Positions 1-9,440 of a stretch of 64,000 nucleotides of DNA are shown here, piece by piece. Below the pieces are notes generated by a model. The model saw nothing but the letters and a program-made list of their open reading frames with translations, was not told where the DNA came from and did no database searches. Numbering within the stretch: the first letter of the stretch is position 1; every line of letters starts with the position of its first letter. Source of the DNA: Nannocystis bainbridge (lineage in GTDB: Bacteria; Myxococcota_A; Polyangia; Nannocystales; Nannocystaceae); contig NZ_JAQNDL010000003.1 in NCBI RefSeq assembly GCF_028368995.1, forward strand, positions 1,600,001-1,664,000, in the 5' to 3' direction. The position numbers and the translations under genes are program-made.

Positions 1-696
1 GAGCTGGACGGCGCGGGGACTATCGGCGCCGACCTCGATCTCGAGCCGCTCCATGTCCGGCGGCACCTCGAGCATCACCGACAGATCCGCGCGCTCCAGC
101 GTGTGCAGGCCCGGCTGCGACGGCATCACCGGCGTCAGCCCGAGCCGCGCGCAGATCGCCGCGGCCGCGTCGATGCGCCGCGGGTCCACCGGGTCGAACA
201 CCTCCTCCCGCCGGAACGAGCGCCTGCCCGCCGCGGCGAACAGGAACGCGTGCCGCTGCAGCATGCCCGTCCACGAGCGCGCGACGACGTGGGCGCGGGC
301 TTCGCGGAAGGCGTCCGGATCACCTTCGTCCTCGAAGCTCACGACGGGCGGGTCGTCCGGATCGCCGCGCTGTAGATCGAGGAACCAGTCCTCGCGGATG
401 TCGCGGCCGATGCCGAGGTCGATGCCGACCTTGAGAAAGCGGTCTGTCGGGTACGACGGCGGCGTGGAAAGCAGGTGCGGCCACAGCTCGGCGGCGCGGC
501 AGTCGGCCACCGGCAGCGCCGAGAAGCTGCCGGTCGAGCCGCCCATCGCCCGCAGGAACTCGACGTACGCGCGCGGCAGCGGCCGCGGACTCAGCTCGGC
601 GAGCCTCTCGATGTCTCCGGACGTGGCGCCGCGGACCTGGGCGCGCAGGTCGGGCACGCGGGCGACGAGGAAGGCGAAGATCGCGGGAAACGACAT
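1..696 (-). CDS. SMI1/KNR4 (SUKH)-family immunity protein, 3' end runs off the window
   Basis: Not in the ORF track. Manual translation from ATG at 696 gives MSFPAIFAFLVARVPDLRAQVRGATSGDIERLAELSPRPLPRAYVEFLRAMGG..., the SMI1-type 'GAT..DI..L....LP..Y.EFL..MGG' pattern, later 'PPVVSF'. The frame is open to position 1 and lies directly downstream of the toxin gene. Confidence 0.75.
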   Translation of the reverse strand, partial: MSFPAIFAFLVARVPDLRAQVRGATSGDIERLAELSPRPLPRAYVEFLRAMGGSTGSFSALPVADCRAAELWPHLLSTPPSYPTDRFLKVGIDLGIGRDIREDWFLDLQRGDPDDPPVVSFEDEGDPDAFREARAHVVARSWTGMLQRHAFLFAAAGRRSFRREEVFDPVDPRRIDAAAAICARLGLTPVMPSQPGLHTLERADLSVMLEVPPDMERLEIEVGADSPRAVQL

Positions 697-743
697 GAGG
701 GCACCTGTTCAGGGGGCGGCGTCGATCGTGCTCGCCCTCCAGC

Positions 744-2357
744 TCATGGAGTCGAGGACGAACCCGCCGTGTTCGCTGCGGTCGCCGGGTCCGGTTGGCT
801 TTCGGCTTGCGTGTCGGACGTGCTCGCCGGCGGTTGTGTCTGCTTCCCTTTGGGGCACGTGCGCTTTTGATGGAGGCAGAGGGTCATCGGTACCATGGAC
901 TGGCACGAGAGGCAGGAGGGCACGGTCGTCGCGTCCGTGAAGGCCTGCTCGCGCCCGAGCGGGTCGCTCCGCCCGAACGACAGGTGGAGCTGCGCGACCC
1001 GCCACGGGTCCCAGGCGTCGTCGTTATAGTGACGGTAGCGGAGTCGAAGCTCATGCGGCGGGACCGGCGCGAAGAACATCTCGGTCATGGCCTTGGGGAT
1101 GTGCCCGTCTTTGTGCGTCACCAGCTTCGAGGCGGCGCACTTTCCCGGGGGGTTGTAAAAGGCCTGACGGCGGTCGTTCCGGCGTTGCGCATCGTTCCAG
1201 CGGCGCACGAAGGTCCATCGGTTCAGAGCGCCGATCCGCGGGTTCGCGTCGGCGTAAGTCTTGATTGTCGGTACTTCGACGCACGGCGTCCATCCCTGCT
1301 GCTCGACGACCGCCTTGAAGCCGGGCAGCGTCTCTCCCGACATCGCGGCGAAGATCTGGTTGCACTTGCAGATCATGACCCCGACCATGTACCCGCTGTT
1401 TTCGTTCTTGTGCACGGCCGCCTTGTTGTTCGCCACGCCGATGTTGCGGATCTTTTCGATGGCGGCCTTGTGCTTGGCGTCGAGCTTCTTTCGCTCTTCC
1501 TTCTGCTTCTTCTCCTCCGCCTTCCGCGCCTTCCTTTGCGCCTGTAGCTGCGCTTTCGTGGGCGCCGCCGAACCGTCCGACCGCCCCTCCTGGTTCGCTC
1601 CTGCCGCTGGTGGATCGGCGAACGGGTCGGCCTGCGACGAACTGCTCCCGCCCGGTGCTGCTCCCGGCGGATCGACGAACGGATCGGCCTGCGACGAACC
1701 ACTCGCGGCCTTCTGCCTGGCGTCGAACTCGTCCTTCTCTTTTTTGGCCTGCTCCTCCTCGGCCTTGGCTTGATCGAGCGCCGTCTTCACTCCCGGCTGT
1801 CTCTCCATGTATTCGTCGTAGGCCCGCCGAAGCGCGACGATGAGTTGCTGCACGTATTGCTGGCTGTCCGCGGTCTCGTGGATCCGGTGGCTGGCCGGGC
1901 CGCGGAAGCAGATCGGGCACGGCCAGAAAGAGTCGTCGCCGTAGGCCCAGCCGGTGCCGCCGGCCTGCACGAACGCGGTGTTGAAGGTGTTGCCGTTGTG
2001 GCCGACCGCGTCGCTGAAGCGCGCCACGCCCTTGCCCTCGACGCGCACGTCGAGGCTGGTCGACTGCCAGCGCAGCTTGCCGCGGATCCTGCTCGAGATG
2101 ACGCCACCACCGGCGATGCCGGGCTCGTCGCCAGTGCTGGTGACGATGAAGGACGCGGCGGTGGCGATCGCCCCGCCGCCGATGCGCGTGCGCCGGGCCC
2201 CCTGCGCGAGGTCGGCGGTGCGCGCCGCGTTGACGTAGGGCACCGGCGCCGGCCCGGCCGGCGTCGGCGTCTTGCAAACGTCGGGCGGACCGGCGACGTC
2301 GACGAGGCCGTCGCGCTGATGCACGATCGTGCGACCATTGGCGAAGGTGCGTGTCAT
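744..2357 (-). CDS. DUF4150 (PAAR-like) T6SS tip protein fused to a C-terminal putative toxin domain
   Basis: Start MTRTFANGRTIVH (ATG 2357) overlaps the upstream stop. N-terminus has DUF4150 motifs (PDVCKTP..P.PYVN, STGDEPG..GGVIS, DVRVEGKGVAR). A charged linker follows, then a C-terminal domain with PGKCAA...PSCLSC. Confidence 0.85.
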   Translation of the reverse strand: MTRTFANGRTIVHQRDGLVDVAGPPDVCKTPTPAGPAPVPYVNAARTADLAQGARRTRIGGGAIATAASFIVTSTGDEPGIAGGGVISSRIRGKLRWQSTSLDVRVEGKGVARFSDAVGHNGNTFNTAFVQAGGTGWAYGDDSFWPCPICFRGPASHRIHETADSQQYVQQLIVALRRAYDEYMERQPGVKTALDQAKAEEEQAKKEKDEFDARQKAASGSSQADPFVDPPGAAPGGSSSSQADPFADPPAAGANQEGRSDGSAAPTKAQLQAQRKARKAEEKKQKEERKKLDAKHKAAIEKIRNIGVANNKAAVHKNENSGYMVGVMICKCNQIFAAMSGETLPGFKAVVEQQGWTPCVEVPTIKTYADANPRIGALNRWTFVRRWNDAQRRNDRRQAFYNPPGKCAASKLVTHKDGHIPKAMTEMFFAPVPPHELRLRYRHYNDDAWDPWRVAQLHLSFGRSDPLGREQAFTDATTVPSCLSCQSMVPMTLCLHQKRTCPKGKQTQPPASTSDTQAESQPDPATAANTAGSSSTP

Positions 2358-3379
2358 CGGCTCGCGCCTCCTCGCGCGGGAGTGACTTCGAAGATGCAGG
2401 CGCCGAGCGCCCCGTCGTCGTCGCTGCCGTACAGCAGCGCGCGACCGCGGCCGCTTCGCAGGTGGTGCAGCGCCAGCGCGAGGGCCAGCGCCGGCGCGGC
2501 GGCCCCGGTGTCGCCGAAGCTCTCGCACGCCCGCAGGTGCACCAGCGGCTCGGGCATCAGCGGCGCCTGACGCAGCGCAGCGTAGCTGAAGGCCCGCGCC
2601 TCGGCGACCTCGCCGGTCTGACTGCTGGCGACGCAGCGCGGCCGCTCGTCGCCGACGCCGGGCGCGCGCGCGAGGCGAGTGAACACGTCGGCGAGCCCGT
2701 CGGCCAGCGCCCGCACGCGCCCGCCGTCATCGTTCATATGTCCCAAAGTACATGCGATGATTCGCCCCAGCGGCGCACCCTCGACCTTCGCGCCGCCGGG
2801 ACCCCGCGCGAGCAGCAGCGCCACCGCGGCCTCGCCGGGGACAATGCCGTCGCGATGCGAGGCCAGCACGCGGTCGCGCAGCCCGAGCTGCTCCAGCGTC
2901 GCAGCGTCACACAGGCTGTCGGCCGCGAGCACCAGCGCGAGCGGCTCGGCGTCGGCCGCAGTAAGTCGCTCGAGCAGCTGGAACAGCCCGGCGCGACCGC
3001 CCCGCATCACCTCGCGCAGCTCGAGCGGCGTGGGCACCTCGGCCTGCAGCGCCGCCACGATCTCCGCCTCGTCGACGGGCGCCCCGCTCCGCTGCGGCGC
3101 CGCCAAATACAGCGGCAGCGGCGTCACCGGCAACCCGGCCAGACAGTCGCGCACGGCCCAGCCGGCCAGGGCCGCGATCCGCCCGCTGCGCCCGCATGTT
3201 GCTTCGAGCCGCGACGACCGCGAGGCCCGGATCGGCTCACCGCTGCGATCCTCGAGCTCGGTCTCGGCGAAGCGCACCACGCCCGCGCGCACGGCCGCCA
3301 GGGTCGTCGGCGCCGACAGCCCGAGCGGCGTGCCCATGCCGACGCGCAGGACCGCCAGCCCGCCGTCGCCCGCGTTCAC
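2354..3379 (-). CDS. T6SS-associated beta-ketoacyl-synthase-like (thiolase-fold) protein
   Basis: GTG start overlaps the DUF2169 stop (GTGA). Motifs GM.TPLGLSA, GIVPGEAA, FGDTGAA. Typical neighbour of DUF2169/DUF4150 genes. Confidence 0.8.
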   Translation of the reverse strand: MNAGDGGLAVLRVGMGTPLGLSAPTTLAAVRAGVVRFAETELEDRSGEPIRASRSSRLEATCGRSGRIAALAGWAVRDCLAGLPVTPLPLYLAAPQRSGAPVDEAEIVAALQAEVPTPLELREVMRGGRAGLFQLLERLTAADAEPLALVLAADSLCDAATLEQLGLRDRVLASHRDGIVPGEAAVALLLARGPGGAKVEGAPLGRIIACTLGHMNDDGGRVRALADGLADVFTRLARAPGVGDERPRCVASSQTGEVAEARAFSYAALRQAPLMPEPLVHLRACESFGDTGAAAPALALALALHHLRSGRGRALLYGSDDDGALGACIFEVTPARGGASR

Positions 3380-4359
3380 GTCGCCTCCCACGGCTCGAGC
3401 GCGCGCACCGTCACGCCCTCGAGCTCGAGCCAGTCGTCCTCGACCGCGAACGCGGTCCGCCAGATCATCGTGAAGCGGCGATCCTCGGCTTGCAGCGCCA
3501 GCGCGTCGAGCACCATGGCTTGCCGCCGTCGACCGCGTCGCCGCTGCAGCGTCGCGCGCAGGTGCAGGCGCGGCAGGCGAAACGCCAGCGGTCCGTCCGG
3601 GCTCACGCCCTCGAGCTGCACCACCTCGTCGCCGACGAGCCCCTCGCTCGCCACCAGCGCAGGCGCCGCGGCGTTGAAGAAGCGCGGGTCGAGATCTCCC
3701 GGCCAAAGCGGCGCGCGCGACTCCACCCATTGCGAATCGTAGGTGCCGGCGAAGCCCAATCGGGGCTGCCACGGACGGGCGATCGGCCCGAACCCGACCG
3801 GCGGCGGGCGATCCTCCCAGCGCTCGCACGGCGAATCCACCGCCTCGATCGCCGGCAGCGGCTGGCCCTCGGCCGCCTGCGCCGAACCATAGCCGCGACC
3901 CACCGGGTTGCGCGGATCGTCGGGGCCGCCGGCGCTGAACTCGTAACGCAGCGGCAATTGCGTGAAGGGCCGCGGCGGCGACGGGCGCAGCCCGGCCAGT
4001 CCGCGCGTCCACGTGCGCTCGCCGGTGATCGTCGCGGTGACGCGGCACGGCCCGATCCGAACGTCGACCCGTGAACGCTCGGCAGGTCGCCCACCCGGGG
4101 TCCAGGCGAAACCCTCGAGATAAATATCCGTCCCCGGGCGGTAATACGTGGTCTGCCCGGCGATTCGCAGGCTCGAGGCTCCGGGCTCCCCCCAATAGAC
4201 GTCCTCGAGCGGCGGCGCGACCTGCTCGTGAGCGACACGCGGCGGCTCCTCCATGACGAAGGTCCCCGCGACGCACACGACCAGCACGTCGCGCCCCTCG
4301 CCATTCACCGACGGGCTGGCCTGGGCCGCGAAGGGCGTCCAGTTGTGGACGATCGTCAT
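3376..4359 (-). CDS. DUF2169 family T6SS adaptor protein
   Basis: HNWTPFAA start, D.YWGEPGASSL, LPLRYE.SAGG, NPVGRG, GFGPI...W.PR...AGTYD..W, D.RFFNAA, C-terminal M.WR. Confidence 0.92.
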   Translation of the reverse strand: MTIVHNWTPFAAQASPSVNGEGRDVLVVCVAGTFVMEEPPRVAHEQVAPPLEDVYWGEPGASSLRIAGQTTYYRPGTDIYLEGFAWTPGGRPAERSRVDVRIGPCRVTATITGERTWTRGLAGLRPSPPRPFTQLPLRYEFSAGGPDDPRNPVGRGYGSAQAAEGQPLPAIEAVDSPCERWEDRPPPVGFGPIARPWQPRLGFAGTYDSQWVESRAPLWPGDLDPRFFNAAAPALVASEGLVGDEVVQLEGVSPDGPLAFRLPRLHLRATLQRRRGRRRQAMVLDALALQAEDRRFTMIWRTAFAVEDDWLELEGVTVRALEPWEAT

Positions 4360-4667
4360 CGTCCTGCCCGTCGTCCCGTCCGCGCTCGAATGTGCACACG
4401 CATGCGGTCACTCGTGGTCTGCCGCGTGTTCCTGGCACATCGAGCGCCGCTCCGCACGGCCCGGCCGCGATGATGCATGCAATTCGCCCTGGAGCGACCG
4501 CGGCGGCTCGCGCTCGCGAGGAGAGCAACCCGCGCAGGCCGCCGTCGTCCGACCTCATTGTGCATTCGCCAGCCCCCACGCGCGACCCTGCCCGCGGGCC
4601 GGCGAACTCGAGCGAGGGTCCGCACGATCGGCTTGCCGCACCAGCGATCCATGTCACGTTGTCGGCC

Positions 4668-6842
4668 GTGTCCTCCGATGGCCTGCCGGCGATCCTCGGC
4701 AACCGTGCGCTCTTCACGTTCGCGGTCGAGGGTTGCGCGGAGGAGCTGCGCGTCGTCCGCTTCACCGGCCGCGAGGCGCTCTCGTCGCTGTTCGAGTTCC
4801 GCATCGAGCTCGCCGCGGCGACGATGCCGCTCGACGAGCTGGTCGGCAAGCCCGCAGTTTTGACGATCGAGGGCCTGCACGCCACGCGCCACGTCCACGG
4901 CCACGTGTGCGAGGCCGGCTACATCGGCGAGAGCTCGAGCTACACGCTCTACGAGCTGACGCTGGTGCCGGCGATCTGGCGCCTGCAGCAGCGCAGCGAC
5001 TGCCGGATCTTCCAGAAGCAGACCACCCCGCAGATCTTGACCCGCGTGCTCGAGGCCGCGGGCCTGCCCCGCTCCGAGTTTCGCCTCGACCTGCAGGCCG
5101 CCTACGCGCCGCACGACTACTGCGTGCAATACCGCGAGAGTGACCTCGAGTTCGTCAGCCGACTGATGGAGGACGCGGGCATCTTCTATTATTACGAGCA
5201 CGCCGAGGATCGCCACGTGCTGGTGATGACGGACCGCGCCGGCAGCTGCGACCCGATCGAGGGCGACCCGACGCTGCGCTTCAACTTCGAGCACGACCGC
5301 GAGCACATCGACACGTTCCGCCTGAGCGAGGGCCTGCGGCCGCAGCGGGTCTCGCTGCGCGACCGCAACCTCCACCAGCCCGATCGATCGATGGAGGCGA
5401 GCGAGGGCGACGGCCGCGAGCGCGAGGTCTTCGACTACCCCGGCGGCTTTCAAGAGCCGGGCGCCGGCGCGCCGCACCACGGTGGGCTCAAGGCGCGCGT
5501 GCGGCTCGAGGCGCTGCAGGCCGACCGCCGGCGCGGCCTCGGCACCAGCGACAGCCCGCGCCTCGTGCCCGGCTTCTCGTTCACCTTCTCGGCCCCGGCG
5601 CGCGGCCACCTCGAGGGCGACTATCGCCTCGTCCGCGTGCGCCACCGCGGCGAGCAGCCGCAGGCGCTCGACGAGGGCGCCGCGGGCGAGTTCAGCTACT
5701 CGAACGAGTTCGAGTGCACCGACAAGCGGCTGCCGTACCGCCCCCCGCGGCAGACCGCGCGCCCGCAGATCCGCGGGGCCCAGACGGCGACGGTGGTCGG
5801 ACCGCCCGGCGAAGAGGTGCACGTCGACGAGCACGGCCGCGTGAAGGTCCAGTTCCACTGGGACCGCAAGGGCCAGCGCGACGACGACAGCTCGTGCTGG
5901 GTCCGCGTCGGCCAGGCGTGGGCCGGCAACGGCTTCGGCGCGCTGTTCATCCCGCGGGTCGGCCACGAGGTGCTCGTCGAATTCCTCGAGGGCGACCCCG
6001 ACCGCCCGATCGTCACCGGCAGCGTGTACACCGGCCTCAACACCCCGCCGTACCCGCTGCCGGCCGACAAGACGCGCAGCACGCTCAAGTCCGAGTCGAC
6101 GCCAGGCGGCGGCGGTTACAACGAGCTGCGCTTCGAGGACGCGAAGGGCCGCGAGGAGATCTTCCTCCACGGGCAGCGCGACTGGAGCGTGATCATCGAG
6201 CACGACGCGTCGCACCAGATCGGCCACGACGAGGCGCGCACGATCGCCAACGATCGCAGCAAATCGGTGGGCCACGATCAGAGCGAGTCGATCGGCCACG
6301 ACAAGACGATCGCGGTCGGCAACGACCACGCCGAGACGATCGCCCGCGACATGACGCTCGCGGTCGGCAGCAACCTGACCGCGGCCGTCGGCGCCAACAA
6401 GGCCGAGTCGGTCGCCCTGGCCAGCGCGCTGACGATCGGCGCCGTGTATCAGGTCAGCGTCGGCGGGGCGATGAACGAGACCGTCGGCCTCGGCAAGGCG
6501 GAGCAGGTCGGCCTGGCCCGGAGCGTGACTGTCGGCGCCGACAGCTCGGAGACCATCGGCGGCGGCAAGTCGGTGACCGCGGCCGACAACATCACCGCGA
6601 CCGCCGGCAACAACCTCGTGTTCGCCGGCGGCCGGCACGTCAACGTCACCGCCGGGAACAACCTCAACGTCGCCGTCGGCAAGCAGGCCAGCGTGATCGT
6701 CGCCGACAAGCTGACGTTCCAGTGCGGCGGCGCGACGATCGTCGTCAAGAAGAACGGCGAGCTCTCGATCCAGGCCGACAACCTCGACGTTCAGGCGCGC
6801 GGGCGGATCACCGTGCGCGGCGCCATGATCAAGCTCAACTGA
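4668..6842 (+). CDS. vgrG: Type VI secretion spike protein VgrG with C-terminal beta-helix repeats
   Basis: F.GREALSSLFEF, YCVQYRESDLEFVSRLMEDAGIFYY, GAQTATVVGPPGEEVHVDEHGRVKVQFHWDR, SCWVRVGQAWAG, IPRVGHEVLVEFLEGDPDRP. Start is approximate (in-frame GTG 4668 or TTG 4659). Confidence 0.96.
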   Translation: MSSDGLPAILGNRALFTFAVEGCAEELRVVRFTGREALSSLFEFRIELAAATMPLDELVGKPAVLTIEGLHATRHVHGHVCEAGYIGESSSYTLYELTLVPAIWRLQQRSDCRIFQKQTTPQILTRVLEAAGLPRSEFRLDLQAAYAPHDYCVQYRESDLEFVSRLMEDAGIFYYYEHAEDRHVLVMTDRAGSCDPIEGDPTLRFNFEHDREHIDTFRLSEGLRPQRVSLRDRNLHQPDRSMEASEGDGREREVFDYPGGFQEPGAGAPHHGGLKARVRLEALQADRRRGLGTSDSPRLVPGFSFTFSAPARGHLEGDYRLVRVRHRGEQPQALDEGAAGEFSYSNEFECTDKRLPYRPPRQTARPQIRGAQTATVVGPPGEEVHVDEHGRVKVQFHWDRKGQRDDDSSCWVRVGQAWAGNGFGALFIPRVGHEVLVEFLEGDPDRPIVTGSVYTGLNTPPYPLPADKTRSTLKSESTPGGGGYNELRFEDAKGREEIFLHGQRDWSVIIEHDASHQIGHDEARTIANDRSKSVGHDQSESIGHDKTIAVGNDHAETIARDMTLAVGSNLTAAVGANKAESVALASALTIGAVYQVSVGGAMNETVGLGKAEQVGLARSVTVGADSSETIGGGKSVTAADNITATAGNNLVFAGGRHVNVTAGNNLNVAVGKQASVIVADKLTFQCGGATIVVKKNGELSIQADNLDVQARGRITVRGAMIKLN

Positions 6843-6859
6843 GCAGCGCAGGAGATTCG

Positions 6860-8101
6860 ATGGCCGCGCGCGAGGTCGATCCGCTGTGGGACATCGTCGA
6901 GGAGCACTTCGACGAGGGCGAATTCCTGTGGCACGTCTGGCAGCAGAGCCTGATCGCCCCCGACTACAATCTCGACGAGGTCGCCGAGGGCCCCGAGGAG
7001 CGGTTGCTCGCGCACGTCGAGGGCCTGATCGTCAACGGGCCCCTGGTCGCCAGCCGACTGCTGCTGCCTGCGCTCGTCAGCGCCGCTCCGGCCCGCGTCA
7101 GCGTCGCCGCGCTGGCGCTGCTGCACGGTCCGCGCGGCGAGGCGGCGCTCGCCAACATCGTCGACGTCGTGCGCCGAAGGCCGCAGCAGCGCGGGCCTCT
7201 GGTGCGCGCCATGGCCTGCGTCGATGCGCCGTGGCTGCGGGCGCGCCTCCGCGAATTGCTGGCCGACGACGACCTCGGCGTTGTCGCCACCGCGGCTGCG
7301 GTGTTGACATTGCATCACGAGCCGCTCGGCGACGCCCTGGGGCTGCTGCTCGCCGACGACCAGAGCGCGACGCGAGCGCTGGCGCTGCGGGCCCTCGCCG
7401 ACGAGCCCGATCCGGGGAGATACGCGCGCGCCGTGCAGGCTGGCTTGCAGGAGCTCGACCCGATCGTGCTCGACGCGGCGATCGACGCCGGCGTGCGCCT
7501 CGGCCTCGCCCCCGCGTGGGCCCGCGCGCGCGAGCGCATGGCCGAGCCCGACGGCGGCGCCTCGATGTTGCTGTTGGCCTTGCGCGGCGAAGCGAGCGAC
7601 CTCGACGCGCTCGTCGCAGCCCTGCGCGACCGCAAGCGACGGCTGCCCGCCTTGTGGGCGCTCGGTTTTCGCGGCACGCCCGAGGTCGTCGACGCCGCGC
7701 TCGCATGGCTCGACGATCTCTCCGCGGGTCCGCTGGCCGGCGAGGTCTTCACCGCCGCGACCGGCATCGACCTCGCCGCCGCCGGCATGTCGCTGCCGCG
7801 CGACGACGATCACGAATCCTTCGACCATCGCCCCGAGGACGACCTGCCGCGGCCGGACCCGATGCTCGTCCTGCAGTGGTGGGCCCGGCACCGCCCGCAA
7901 TTCATCGACGGCCAGCGCTACCTCGCCGGTGCCCCGCGCTCGCACGCATCGCTGCTCCGCGAGCTGCGGTTCGGCGCCATGCGCCGGCGCCCCGGGCACC
8001 TCCTCGACCTCGCGCTCGACCTGCCGCCGCAGCGCCGCCCGCGGCTACCGCTCGGCGCGCCCACGGCCCAGCAGCTGCGCGCGCTTGCCTCGCTGAAGTG
8101 A
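6860..8101 (+). CDS. TIGR02270-family HEAT/helical-repeat protein (T6SS-linked)
   Basis: GGAG RBS then MAAREVDPLWDIVEEHFDEGEFLW..., EERLLAHVEGL, AGEVFTAATG, DLP.PD....WW, GQRYLAG, MRRR. Confidence 0.85.
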   Translation: MAAREVDPLWDIVEEHFDEGEFLWHVWQQSLIAPDYNLDEVAEGPEERLLAHVEGLIVNGPLVASRLLLPALVSAAPARVSVAALALLHGPRGEAALANIVDVVRRRPQQRGPLVRAMACVDAPWLRARLRELLADDDLGVVATAAAVLTLHHEPLGDALGLLLADDQSATRALALRALADEPDPGRYARAVQAGLQELDPIVLDAAIDAGVRLGLAPAWARARERMAEPDGGASMLLLALRGEASDLDALVAALRDRKRRLPALWALGFRGTPEVVDAALAWLDDLSAGPLAGEVFTAATGIDLAAAGMSLPRDDDHESFDHRPEDDLPRPDPMLVLQWWARHRPQFIDGQRYLAGAPRSHASLLRELRFGAMRRRPGHLLDLALDLPPQRRPRLPLGAPTAQQLRALASLK

Positions 8102-8110
8102 CGCGCGGGG

Positions 8111-9229
8111 CTACGACCCCGGCGTCGCCTGCTTGCGCGCCGCGCCGCTGCGAATGCAGTGCTTGAGGGCGTCGCGCAGCCTGGCGTGCACCGAGACGTG
8201 CGAAAGATCGATCCCCAGCGCCACGATCGTCTGCGCGATCGTCGGGTGGATACCGGTGAGGATCCCTTCCGCGCCCAGCAGCCGGATCGCCTGGATCATC
8301 CGGATCAGGTGGCTCGCCGTCCCCGTGTCGACCACCTCGACCCCGGTCAGATCGAGGATGGCGAATCGGGCCCGCGTCTGCGTCACCGCCTGCAGCAGGC
8401 TGTCCATGATCTCGGCGGTGCGCGCGGTGTCGATGAGGCCGACGATCGGCATCGTCAGCACCCCGTCCCACACCTCGATGATCGGCGTCGCTAGCACGCG
8501 GATCACCTCCTGCTGGCGCTCGACCAGCTCGAGCTTGCTGCGCAGCTCGAGCTCGGCGCGCTTGGCCTCCGACACGTTGACCGTCACGCCCACCACGCGC
8601 ACTTCGCCCGGAGCGCCGTTCACCGGGATGTACCAGGTGTCGAAGAACTCGCCGTACAGCTCGACGCCGCCGGTGAACTCCGGCCGCCCACCGATCGCCG
8701 AGGCCACGACGTCGTTGTTGCCGGCCGAGCCGTACATCTCGAAGATATTCTTGCCGACGAACTGGTCCATCGACATCCCGAGCGCCCGCATCGACTTGCC
8801 GTCCATGTAGAGGAACGTGCCCCGCTCGTCGGTCGCCCACAGCGAAATCTCGAGGTTGTCCTTGATCGCCGTCAGCATCGTCGCCTCGAGCGCCGCCGCG
8901 GCCTCCGCCTCCACGCGGGCCGTGACGTCGTGGCCGTAAACGACCGTGCCGGACCTGTCCGCGAGGCTCTGCGTCCACACCTCGATCGAAAGCGTCGCCT
9001 CGCCCTGGCGGATCTGCATCACCCTCGACGCGGGCCCGGGCTCGTCGGCCAGCGCGCGCCACGAGCCGCCCACGAGCGGCAGTACCTCGGCGACGTCGCG
9101 GCCGATCGCCGCCGCAGCACCTGTCCCGAAGACCAGCTCTGCTCGCCGGTTCCAGCCGACCACCCCGAGCGCGGCGTCGACCTCGATCACGATCAACGGG
9201 GCGTCCTGCAAGATACTCGCGTCGCTCAC
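8111..9229 (-). CDS. PAS-PAS-STAS protein (RsbR-like)
   Basis: PAS segments (WNRRAE.VFG; G.F....GK...LG....VGKNI) and a C-terminal STAS domain (LATPIIEVWDGVL.MPIVG.IDT.R, ILDLTGV.VVD, LLGA..ILTGI.P.IAQT). GTG start inferred at 9229. Confidence 0.9.
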   Translation of the reverse strand: MSDASILQDAPLIVIEVDAALGVVGWNRRAELVFGTGAAAAIGRDVAEVLPLVGGSWRALADEPGPASRVMQIRQGEATLSIEVWTQSLADRSGTVVYGHDVTARVEAEAAAALEATMLTAIKDNLEISLWATDERGTFLYMDGKSMRALGMSMDQFVGKNIFEMYGSAGNNDVVASAIGGRPEFTGGVELYGEFFDTWYIPVNGAPGEVRVVGVTVNVSEAKRAELELRSKLELVERQQEVIRVLATPIIEVWDGVLTMPIVGLIDTARTAEIMDSLLQAVTQTRARFAILDLTGVEVVDTGTASHLIRMIQAIRLLGAEGILTGIHPTIAQTIVALGIDLSHVSVHARLRDALKHCIRSGAARKQATPGS

Positions 9230-9440
9230 GGAACCCTGTGTATCCGAGGTTCCGCCGCCTGTCCTGCCCCTCGTCCGCGCACTGCCGCGCGCCCTGTGCA
9301 TCGGTCTCGTCGCTCGCGCCGGGTGTCCGTGTGATGCATCCCTCGGCCACTCTCCCGCGGCGCGAAGTCGCGTCGGCGCTCCGCGCTTCGTGAGAGATCG
9401 GGCACACCGGCGGCCCCTGCGAACGAGCATGCCGTCCGCG

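Noticed and set aside
2354-4885. 843-aa ORF in the track
   Set aside because: Only 2354-3379 reads as a real protein. The upstream part overlaps DUF2169 in another frame and vgrG on the other strand.
5714-8101. 795-aa ORF and similar long Arg/Ala/Pro-rich ORFs (e.g. 4356-6638, 29532-32765, 30257-32905)
   Set aside because: Shadow frames typical of very high GC DNA. The real starts have RBSs and family motifs (e.g. 6860).
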